Below, one piece after another: positions 17,051 to 24,636 of a stretch of 48,819 nt of DNA (within the stretch, counting starts at the first letter, position 1; each line of letters starts with the position of its first letter). The position numbers were made by a program, and so were the translations under genes. Source of the DNA: Candidatus Levyibacteriota bacterium. GTDB taxonomy: Bacteria; Patescibacteriota; Microgenomatia; Levybacterales; UBA12049. The stretch is taken from positions 1 through 48,819 of the forward strand of contig PLZJ01000004.1 in NCBI GenBank assembly GCA_003152105.1, given 5' to 3'. Under the pieces are notes generated by a model. The model saw only the letters and a list, made by a program, of their open reading frames with translations. It made no database searches and was not told the DNA's origin.

Positions 17051-17953
17051 TTATGTATGTTTTTTCACTAGAAATTCTTTTCTATAAAATGCTACTCGAG
17101 ATGCCATTACGATAATAAAACCGAAGGTTATAAGTAGATCAACAACCAAGAATTTCTGTGCGAACACGAAAGAAAGTACTATCGGCGCAAAGATCAAAAG
17201 TCCATCGTATGTTCCAGTTACTACAAGCGGCGCGAGACCTTTCTCACCCAAATATTTGTAAGCTTTGCCTAAGCAGAAAACGATTGCAACTATGCCAACT
17301 ACACCAATTGGTGTACCTTGATTTACTGATAATGCATTGCCTCCAATTATAAATGAAATTATGAGTAATAAAGTCCCTCCGAGTATATTCATGGCAATAT
17401 TAGTAGTTCTTGTTTTCGAGCTGTCTTTTTGGGAAAGTCGAATGCTAATGTTAAAAAGCCAATAGCCAAGAACTGCAATGATAACAGGTGCAAAATTTGT
17501 TATGCTCCACTTATCTTGCCAATGAATTGCGAGTCTGAGAACAACGAGTCCAAACATTAATACGTGAAAAGCGATATCGAACCTGCGTATTGGCGTTCTC
17601 CCGAGTTTTAAGGGTATTTCTACAAGATACCACAATCCTACAGAGCTAAATACAACTAAATCATATACAGATTCCATTGTGCTTGCGGGATCTGATAGTG
17701 CTTGATGAGTCCAGCGTAGTCCAAAGACTATAGCCACTATTCCAATTGCGCCAAGAAGTGCAATTAAGAGTTGTGGTTTTGAGCGAACTTCATTATGGAA
17801 GATAATTAATGACAGTATGCCGGCCAATAGATTCATCAGTCCATAATTAGCTATTCCATGACTTTCGATGATTGCAATATTGAATATAATATATCCAAGT
17901 ATTGATCCACCGATTGCCAGTATAGCCAAAACTACCCAAATCTGAATTTTCAT
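17051..17953 (-). CDS. Polytopic membrane protein (~9-10 TM, DMT/EamA-like size and topology)
   Basis: 300 aa, hydrophobic helices throughout, no catalytic motif recognised. It lies antisense inside the pyr cluster. Confidence 0.55.
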   Translation of the reverse strand: MKIQIWVVLAILAIGGSILGYIIFNIAIIESHGIANYGLMNLLAGILSLIIFHNEVRSKPQLLIALLGAIGIVAIVFGLRWTHQALSDPASTMESVYDLVVFSSVGLWYLVEIPLKLGRTPIRRFDIAFHVLMFGLVVLRLAIHWQDKWSITNFAPVIIAVLGYWLFNISIRLSQKDSSKTRTTNIAMNILGGTLLLIISFIIGGNALSVNQGTPIGVVGIVAIVFCLGKAYKYLGEKGLAPLVVTGTYDGLLIFAPIVLSFVFAQKFLVVDLLITFGFIIVMASRVAFYRKEFLVKKHT

Positions 17954-17984
17954 CAGTGTTTTCCATCCCTTTTATGCTAGTTTG

Positions 17985-18032
17985 ATACAGTCGAAGAGAA
18001 AGATAGTAGTGTATCCTTTTCTCCGACTGTAT
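17985..18032. repeat. Long imperfect inverted repeat / hairpin in the divergent membrane-gene/pyrC intergenic region
   Basis: ATACAGTCG (17985-17993) pairs with CGACTGTAT (18024-18032). It is extended by AGAGAA/TTTTCT pairing with one mismatch, around a loop of about 12 nt. Confidence 0.7.
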
Positions 18033-18221
18033 ATTTTCCTACCTCTTTTTAATGTGCATATCTTGTAACGTTTCTACGCTGCTAATACGGAGTAGTTCTA
18101 CAAGAATGAAGAGTTTAGCATAAAAAATTCACACTTTCAACTATAGGATAAGATAATGTAAGGAGTGATTTATAAAATTTTTATTTTTTAATTAAAGTGT
18201 ATAGTAATATGAATATATTTT

Positions 18222-18230
18222 TGCTAGAAT
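18222..18230 (+). promoter_or_regulatory. Extended -10 (TGcTAGAAT) 7 nt upstream of the pyrC ATG
   Basis: tTTGCTAGAAT-tataaaa-ATG at 18238; no SD. Confidence 0.5.
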
Positions 18231-18237
18231 TATAAAA

Positions 18238-19281
18238 ATGTTAACACTTCCGGGACTTATTGATCCTCACGTTCATTTACGTACTCCTGGACAGGAACAA
18301 AAAGAAGATTTTTTTACTGGAACTAGTGCAGCTATTGCAGGAGGATATACGGCGGTAATAGACATGCCAAATAATCTACAGCCAATTACAGATGTTGAAC
18401 GACTTAACGAAAAGAGGGAGATTGCACGTAGGCAAATTGTTTGCGATATCGGATTTCACTTTGGAACACTTGGAGATAATTTAACTGAATTTAAAAAAGT
18501 TGAAGCTAAAGTGTTTGGATTAAAATTATATTTAAATCAGACAACGGGAAATTATCTTCTTGATGAATCACATCTTGGTAAAATATTTTCTGAATGGACT
18601 CATAAAAAGCCAATATTAGTGCATGCTGAAGAAACAACATTTGATAAGGTTTTGGAGGTAGTCAAAAGATATCCTCGAAAGGTTCATTTATGTCACATGT
18701 CAACCGAATATGAACTCAGGAGAATTATTGAAGCAAAAGAACAAGGATTACCAGTGACATGTGGTGTTACGCCTCACCATTTATTTTTAGAAAAAGGTGA
18801 TGAAGATCGCTTAGGAGCTTTTGGGATGATGAAACCTTCCTTAAAGCCCAAATCTGATGTAGATTTTTTATGGAAACATTTAGTAGATGTAGACATGATT
18901 GAATCTGATCACGCTCCGCATACAATTGAAGAAAAAGAATCCAGTAACCCGCCATTTGGAGTGCCAGGACTTGAAACAACATTACCGTTATTATTAACAG
19001 CCATGCATAATGGTAAATTATCATTTAAAGAAATTGAGCGACTATGTTTTGAGGGTCCATCAAATTTATTAGGTATTGTTCAAGAAAATACCAGAGTAGA
19101 AATTGATGAAAATAAAGAGTGGGAAATCAAAAACGAAAACTTGTTCACTAAATGTAAATGGACGCCATTTAATAATACAAAAGTAAAAGGGAAAATAAAG
19201 AGTGTATATATTAGAGGAACGAAAGTTTTTGAAAATGATATAATTTTGGTGAAAGAAAAGTTTGGAAAACTATTACCATAA
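18238..19281 (+). CDS. pyrC: Dihydroorotase
   Basis: DPHVHLR metal-binding motif and ESDHAPH. Confidence 0.85.
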   Translation: MLTLPGLIDPHVHLRTPGQEQKEDFFTGTSAAIAGGYTAVIDMPNNLQPITDVERLNEKREIARRQIVCDIGFHFGTLGDNLTEFKKVEAKVFGLKLYLNQTTGNYLLDESHLGKIFSEWTHKKPILVHAEETTFDKVLEVVKRYPRKVHLCHMSTEYELRRIIEAKEQGLPVTCGVTPHHLFLEKGDEDRLGAFGMMKPSLKPKSDVDFLWKHLVDVDMIESDHAPHTIEEKESSNPPFGVPGLETTLPLLLTAMHNGKLSFKEIERLCFEGPSNLLGIVQENTRVEIDENKEWEIKNENLFTKCKWTPFNNTKVKGKIKSVYIRGTKVFENDIILVKEKFGKLLP

Positions 19282-20351
19282 TGTTAAGCAAACCATTTTA
19301 CGATCCTCATAAAACATACGAAGATAATTTTACAAACGGTCCATTTGGTGCTTTTGCAGATGGAGAAATATTTCAACAAAATGAGGAGCCCACATATGAG
19401 GTTTTTGGAAATAAAGTATTTCTTCCATTTGGAATCGCTCCTGGGCCTTTATTAAATGGTAAATATGTGAGGGCTGCACTGGATAAGGGATTTGATATAG
19501 CAGTTTATAAAACAGTAAGAACGAGAAAATATCCTTGTAGTCAATTTCCAAACGTCTTAGCTGTACATACTGATGGTGATTTAACAATCGAACAAGCTAA
19601 TATAGGTTTAGTCGCAGATTCACACTATAAAGAACCTCTTTCAATTACAAATTCTTTTGGAGTTCCTTCATTTGATCCGGATTTCTGGCAAAAAGATTTA
19701 GCTGACACCGTAAAATATGCAAAAAAAGGCCAAATTGTAATTGGGGGATTTCAGGGAACTACTGGGGGTGGAGAAAGTGAATATATACAAGATTTTATTA
19801 CTGCTGCCAGACTGGTAAAAGAAACAAAAGTTTCAATACTTGAAGTTAATCTTTCTTGTCCAAATGAAGGTACAGCTCATTTATTGTGTTTCGATACAGC
19901 AAGAACCCAAAATATTATAGAATCGATTAAAAATGAAATTGGTAATACGCCTCTTATAATGAAAATTGCCTATTTTGCTGAAGATGAACAGCTCAGAGAT
20001 CTTATAAAAAGAGTTGGAAAAATAATCGATGGTATTTCAGCAATCAATACAATTCCTGCAAAGATTTACAATAAAAAAAAGGAGCAGGCGCTACCTGGAA
20101 ATGGAAGATTAATAAGTGGTGCCTGCGGAAAGCCAATTAAGTGGGCAGGTATATCTATGGTAGAAAGACTCAAAAAATTAAAAGAAGATAATAGTTATAC
20201 ATTTAATATTATTGGTGTAGGAGGTGTAACAAACGTAGAGGATTATAATGAATATCGAAAAGCTGGAGCAGACGAAGTTATGTGTGCAACTGGTGCTATG
20301 TGGAATCCATATCTAGCACAAGACATCAAAAAAGCAATTAAGCCTAATTAA
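19281..20351 (+). CDS. pyrD: Dihydroorotate dehydrogenase, class 1 type
   Basis: LEVNLSCPN (Cys-type active-site loop, so class 1) and GVGGV near the C-terminus. TAATG overlap with pyrC. No pyrK is adjacent. Confidence 0.8.
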   Translation: MLSKPFYDPHKTYEDNFTNGPFGAFADGEIFQQNEEPTYEVFGNKVFLPFGIAPGPLLNGKYVRAALDKGFDIAVYKTVRTRKYPCSQFPNVLAVHTDGDLTIEQANIGLVADSHYKEPLSITNSFGVPSFDPDFWQKDLADTVKYAKKGQIVIGGFQGTTGGGESEYIQDFITAARLVKETKVSILEVNLSCPNEGTAHLLCFDTARTQNIIESIKNEIGNTPLIMKIAYFAEDEQLRDLIKRVGKIIDGISAINTIPAKIYNKKKEQALPGNGRLISGACGKPIKWAGISMVERLKKLKEDNSYTFNIIGVGGVTNVEDYNEYRKAGADEVMCATGAMWNPYLAQDIKKAIKPN

Positions 20352-20357
20352 GAATTT

Positions 20358-21161
20358 ATGACACAATCTTCATCTACTTTTGTACGAAGTCTCACATCCC
20401 CAAAATCCGAATACAATAAATACATAATTCATCAGTTTTCAGACAACTCAGTTAGCATAATAAATAAAAGCTCCTTGAGTGAAGCAGAGAAGCAAGTTTT
20501 ACTTGGACTTTTAGAATGTGGGAACATTATGCAATTTCCTGGAGGAATTGGTCTTGATTACAAAGCGCCATTTAAAACGCTGTATATACCTTCATATATG
20601 AAGGCTGCCCGTGAGAAAATTGCAAAAGAAATACAAAAACGTAACGCAAATTGTATTGTAGGACCAGATATTTCTGCACTTTTTTGGGCTCGAGACTTAT
20701 CATTTGCAGCATCTGATATGCCAATTATTCGTGTGCAAAAAGATGGAAAGCAATCGAAATCTGATTATCAAGCCTCTTTAACGTCATACACTAAAGGGTC
20801 TGAAGACGTATTATATTTTGATACAGTAAGTCTTAAGCATGCACTTAAAAAACACAACAATTCACTCCGCTTATTTCTGGCAGATGAAATTGCTGATACA
20901 GGTAAGATGTTAGAGTTGCTTTGTACATTAATACAAAATATGCAAAATGATGGAATAGACGTGACCGTAGTTGGAGCAGGGGTAATAATTGAAAAAACGT
21001 ATACACAGGCAAAAGAGTTACTGCATAAAAACTTTAATATCCCTCTGTTTTCAGCGCTTTCAATATCAGATATGTGGCTTGCAAATGAAAAAGAAAAGAT
21101 CTCGTCTGCAATAGTTGTAAAAGGAATTTCTGACAAGGCGTTTGCATTTAAAAATCAATAA
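20358..21161 (+). CDS. Type I phosphoribosyltransferase-like protein (Apt-like core with an N-terminal extension of about 60 aa)
   Basis: Apt-like order: FPGGIGLDY ... CIVGPDISALFWA ... PIIRVQKDGK ... LRLFLADEIADTGKML ... VGAGVIIEK. The PRPP loop is degenerate (DE..DTGK instead of DD..ATGGT). Confidence 0.5.
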   Translation: MTQSSSTFVRSLTSPKSEYNKYIIHQFSDNSVSIINKSSLSEAEKQVLLGLLECGNIMQFPGGIGLDYKAPFKTLYIPSYMKAAREKIAKEIQKRNANCIVGPDISALFWARDLSFAASDMPIIRVQKDGKQSKSDYQASLTSYTKGSEDVLYFDTVSLKHALKKHNNSLRLFLADEIADTGKMLELLCTLIQNMQNDGIDVTVVGAGVIIEKTYTQAKELLHKNFNIPLFSALSISDMWLANEKEKISSAIVVKGISDKAFAFKNQ

Positions 21162-21173
21162 TATTTTTCCTAC

Positions 21174-21202
21174 TTGTCAGTTGAGCAAAACTGTTTTATA
21201 GT
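21174..21202 (+). promoter_or_regulatory. Candidate promoter for glyA
   Basis: TTGTCA (21174-21179), 17 nt, TATAGT (21197-21202), then 13 nt to the ATG at 21216. No SD. Confidence 0.4.
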
Positions 21203-21215
21203 AATTACCAATTCT

Positions 21216-22547
21216 ATGAATACATTACAAAAACAAGATCCCCAAATATATAACCTAATAAAAGCAGAAGAAAAACGTCAAAAAGAAGTATTGGAAATGA
21301 TTCCATCTGAAAATTTTGCATCGTCAGCAGTTATCGAAGCGGTCGGTAGCGTATTAATGAATAAATATTCTGAAGGATATCCAGGAGCAAGATATTATCA
21401 AGGAAATCAGGTTGCAGATCAAGTTGAAATGCTAGCAATTGAACGGGCAAAAAAGCTTTTCGGTGTCGCGCATGTAAATGTGCAACCTTATTCTGGTTCT
21501 CCAGCGAATGCAGTTATTTATATGGCAACGCTAAAACCAGGGGATAAAATAATGGGGTTATCTCTCTCTTATGGTGGACATTTAACGCATGGATTTGCTG
21601 GAACGTTTTCCGGGACTATTTTTAAAGGAATACAATATGAATTTGGGAAAAAAGGGATATTGGATTATGATGAATTAGAAAAACTTGCAGTAAAAGAAAA
21701 ACCACAAATAATTGTTGCTTCAACTACCGCCTATCCACGAACAATTGATTTTGCTAAATTTGGAAAAATTGCCGATAAAGTTGGAGCTTATCTTTTAGCA
21801 GATATTTCCCATATTACTGGTTTAATTCTGGCTGGTGTTCATCCAAATCCCGTTCCTTACGCGCATATAATAATGACTACTACGCATAAAACGTTACGCG
21901 GCCCGCGTGGCGCAATGATAATGGTGACGAATAAAGGAGTGAAGAAAGATCCCGAACTTCCAAAAAAAATTGACCGTTGGATAATTCCGGGTATGCAAGG
22001 AGGTCCTCATGACAACACAACAGCTGCAATTGCTGTTGCACTAAAAGAAGCAACGACAGCAAGTTTTAAAAAAACGCAGGTTCAAACAGTAAAAAATGCA
22101 AAAGCATTAGCAAAAGAATTATTACATTTTAATTTTGATCTTGTTACGGGTGGTACCGATAACCATCTGCTTTTAATTGATCTAAGAAATAAAAAAGTTA
22201 ATGGTAGAATCGCTGCTTTTGCACTCGAAACAGCTGGAATAATTGGTAATAAAAATTCTGTACCAAACGATACAATGCCGCCACTTTATGCATCTGGTTT
22301 TCGATTAGGGACTCCAGCGATTACTACTCGTGGGATGAAAGAAAAAGAAATGAAAAAAATCGCATCATGGATGAACAGAGTGGTTGATCAAGTTGAAGGA
22401 ATGCTATTGCCAGCAGATGATAAAGAAAAACGCAAAATACTTATGAAAGAATATCGTGAAAAAATTAAAATAAATAAGGAGATTAGAAAAATTGCTAAAG
22501 AAGTAAAAGAACTTTGTGCAAAATATCCTGTACCAGGAATAAAGTAA
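21216..22547 (+). CDS. glyA: Serine hydroxymethyltransferase
   Basis: PLP-Lys box TTTHKTLRGPRG and a conserved N-terminus DPQIYNLIKAEEKRQ. The ORF-track start at 21174 is a TTG inside the promoter, so the ATG at 21216 is preferred. Confidence 0.9.
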   Translation: MNTLQKQDPQIYNLIKAEEKRQKEVLEMIPSENFASSAVIEAVGSVLMNKYSEGYPGARYYQGNQVADQVEMLAIERAKKLFGVAHVNVQPYSGSPANAVIYMATLKPGDKIMGLSLSYGGHLTHGFAGTFSGTIFKGIQYEFGKKGILDYDELEKLAVKEKPQIIVASTTAYPRTIDFAKFGKIADKVGAYLLADISHITGLILAGVHPNPVPYAHIIMTTTHKTLRGPRGAMIMVTNKGVKKDPELPKKIDRWIIPGMQGGPHDNTTAAIAVALKEATTASFKKTQVQTVKNAKALAKELLHFNFDLVTGGTDNHLLLIDLRNKKVNGRIAAFALETAGIIGNKNSVPNDTMPPLYASGFRLGTPAITTRGMKEKEMKKIASWMNRVVDQVEGMLLPADDKEKRKILMKEYREKIKINKEIRKIAKEVKELCAKYPVPGIK

Positions 22548-22627
22548 AAGTAAAGCGTTGGCAAATTATATTTATTAAAATGTATATGTAGTTGCTCATT
22601 ACATTACTGTTAAGTTATGACTTACTG

Positions 22628-22656
22628 TTGCATTTTAGGTTCGATTCCGCTATAAT
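22628..22656 (+). promoter_or_regulatory. Near-consensus sigma70-type promoter of rpsB-tsf
   Basis: TTGCAT (22628-22633), 17-nt spacer, TATAAT (22651-22656). Confidence 0.6.
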
Positions 22657-22671
22657 ACTTCATATCACTCA

Positions 22672-22725
22672 CATCTGATTCATGTCCTTGAATTCTACAC
22701 AAATCAGATGGCGGTAAAAGGACAT
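22672..22725 (+). promoter_or_regulatory. Structured rpsB 5' leader: hairpin plus loop-to-SD pseudoknot
   Basis: Stem CATCTGATT (22672-22680) / AATCAGATG (22702-22710). The loop segment ATGTCCTT (22682-22689) is complementary to AAGGACAT (22718-22725), which covers the SD and ends 1 nt before the ATG at 22727. Confidence 0.5.
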
Positions 22726-22726
22726 T

Positions 22727-23560
22727 ATGAAACAAATTACACTTGAAGAACTTTTAGAGGCCGGCTGTCATTTCGGTCATCAGGTACAGAGACAAAATCC
22801 CAAAGCACGTGATTATATTTTTGAGGCCAGAGATGGTATTCATATTATTGATTTAGCAAAAACAAAGGAAGGACTAGAATCTGCAGGAGAGTTTATTAAG
22901 GAAAAAGCTGCGCAAGACGGTACTATTATTATTGTTGGAACTAAACGTCAAGCACAACCAATAGTAATTGCAGAAATAGAACGAGCAAAAAAAGAAGGAG
23001 CAACAGGCATTTTCTTTGTAACGCATCGATGGATAGGTGGAACATTAACAAACGTAGCAGAAGTAAGTAAAAATTATAAAAAATTAAAAGATTTAACAAA
23101 AATGCTAAAAGATGAAGATCAAATGGCTAAATATACAAAAAGAGAACTTGGTTTATTTGAGAAAGAAAGACAAAAACTAGAACTATTTTACGGTGGAATT
23201 GATGAAATGACACAAAAGCCAACAGTAATGTTTATTGTTGACACACATACAGAGGTTTTAGCGGTCAGAGAAGCAAGAGCTGAAAATATACCTACGGTAG
23301 GTATAACTGATACAAACGCCGATCCCTTAATTATTGACCATCCAATTCCAGCAAATGATGATGCAGTTGGTTCACTCCAGCTTTTGATCAGTTATATTAT
23401 GGATGCATGGATTGAAGGGAAAAAGGAAGGAAATAAGCCAGTAAAAGTAGAAAATAAAGAAGTAAGAGAGATAACTCCAGAGCAAAAATCTCCAGAAGCT
23501 GAGCCAAAAAAGAAAGTTACCGCAAAAGAAAAAAAATCAAAGGAATTAAAAGGAGAATAA
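22727..23560 (+). CDS. rpsB: 30S ribosomal protein S2
   Basis: LLEAGCHFGHQ N-terminus, the TDTNADP motif and a Lys/Glu-rich tail. Confidence 0.95.
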   Translation: MKQITLEELLEAGCHFGHQVQRQNPKARDYIFEARDGIHIIDLAKTKEGLESAGEFIKEKAAQDGTIIIVGTKRQAQPIVIAEIERAKKEGATGIFFVTHRWIGGTLTNVAEVSKNYKKLKDLTKMLKDEDQMAKYTKRELGLFEKERQKLELFYGGIDEMTQKPTVMFIVDTHTEVLAVREARAENIPTVGITDTNADPLIIDHPIPANDDAVGSLQLLISYIMDAWIEGKKEGNKPVKVENKEVREITPEQKSPEAEPKKKVTAKEKKSKELKGE

Positions 23561-23563
23561 GAG

Positions 23564-24025
23564 ATGGCGATTGATGTAAAGCTTATTAAAAAACTAAGAG
23601 AAGAAACAAAAGCATCTATTGCTGATTGCCGTATGGCTCTTGAAGAATCTAAAGGAGAAATTGAAAAAGCAAAAGAATGGTTAAAGGAGAGAGGATTACA
23701 AAAAGCTGGTAAAAAAGAAGGAAGAGAGACAACAGAAGGTCTTGTTGATGCCTATATTCATCAAAATGGCAGAGTAGGATCATTAATTGAACTTTCATGC
23801 GAAACAGATTTTGTGGCTAAAACTGATGAATTTAAGCAGCTTGCAAAAGAAATTGGCATGCAAGTTTCAGCAATGAAACCAAAAACTCTTGATGAGCTTT
23901 TAAAACAAGAATACATAAGAGATTCTTCTCAAACGATAGAACAACTCATAAAAACAACGATTGGAAAACTTGGAGAAAATATTATTCTTAAGAAATTTGT
24001 CCGGTTTGAAATAGGCATAGATTAA
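23564..24025 (+). CDS. tsf: Elongation factor Ts, short form (153 aa)
   Basis: UBA-like N-terminus IKKLREETKASIADCRMALEE and the core motif SCETDFVAK. The duplicated core and dimerisation region of 280-aa EF-Ts is missing. Confidence 0.85.
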   Translation: MAIDVKLIKKLREETKASIADCRMALEESKGEIEKAKEWLKERGLQKAGKKEGRETTEGLVDAYIHQNGRVGSLIELSCETDFVAKTDEFKQLAKEIGMQVSAMKPKTLDELLKQEYIRDSSQTIEQLIKTTIGKLGENIILKKFVRFEIGID

Positions 24026-24067
24026 TTCCTCAATTGATTTAAAGATGTACTTGCGCTTTTTTTACTG

Positions 24068-24073
24068 TATAAT
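24068..24073 (+). promoter_or_regulatory. -10 box TATAAT 8 nt upstream of the frr ATG
   Basis: ctgTATAAT-aagttgaa-ATG at 24082. Confidence 0.35.
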
Positions 24074-24081
24074 AAGTTGAA

Positions 24082-24636
24082 ATGGATCAAGATATCATAC
24101 AAATAACTTCCTCTAAAATGCACAAAGCTCTAGAAGTATTGCATACTGACTTGGCAACAATTAGAACGGGTAGGGCAACGCCATCACTTGTTGAGAATAT
24201 TGTAGTAAGCGTTTATGGAGGTTCAACAAAGCTAAAAGTAATGGAACTTGCAACAATTGTTGCTCAAGATAATCTAACACTTCTTATAACACCATTTGAT
24301 AATTCAGTTATAAATGAAATTTCAAAAGGAATTCAAGATGCCAATACTGGACTTTCTCCAGCTGTTGATGGACAAGTTATTAGAATTGCAATTCCACAAT
24401 TAACTGGAGAACGTAGAGATCAATTAATTCATTTGATGAAACAAAAATTAGAAAATGGGAGAATTATGATTAGGCAAATTCGACATGAAGCAATGGCAGA
24501 AGTAAAAAAGGATGATTCAATTTCAGAAGATGAAGAATCAAGACTTGAGAAAGAAGTGCAAAAACTGACCGATGAATCTACTGCAAAGATAGATGAAATG
24601 GGTAAGAAAAAAGAAGAGGAATTACTACAGATATAA
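24082..24636 (+). CDS. frr: Ribosome recycling factor
   Basis: 184 aa with the typical Frr pattern (LATIRTGRATPSL, LTGERRDQL). Confidence 0.9.
   Translation: MDQDIIQITSSKMHKALEVLHTDLATIRTGRATPSLVENIVVSVYGGSTKLKVMELATIVAQDNLTLLITPFDNSVINEISKGIQDANTGLSPAVDGQVIRIAIPQLTGERRDQLIHLMKQKLENGRIMIRQIRHEAMAEVKKDDSISEDEESRLEKEVQKLTDESTAKIDEMGKKKEEELLQI

Noticed and set aside
11641-21136. Antisense or alternate-frame ORFs inside conserved genes. Examples: 11641..11829(-), 11937..12182(+), 12503..12772(-), 13539..13846(-), 14580..14792(-), 16367..16874(-), 18767..19024(-), 19330..19587(-) and 20768..21136(-). Similar cases occur later in the window.
   Set aside because: All are embedded in well-supported genes on the other strand or in another frame. 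They have hydrophobic or low-complexity translations typical of shadow ORFs.
22638-22648. GGTTCGATTCC (a tRNA T-arm-like 11-mer) inside the rpsB promoter spacer, as a possible tRNA remnant.
   Set aside because: The flanking sequence cannot form a T-stem, acceptor arm or anticodon arm. It is most simply a chance match within the promoter.
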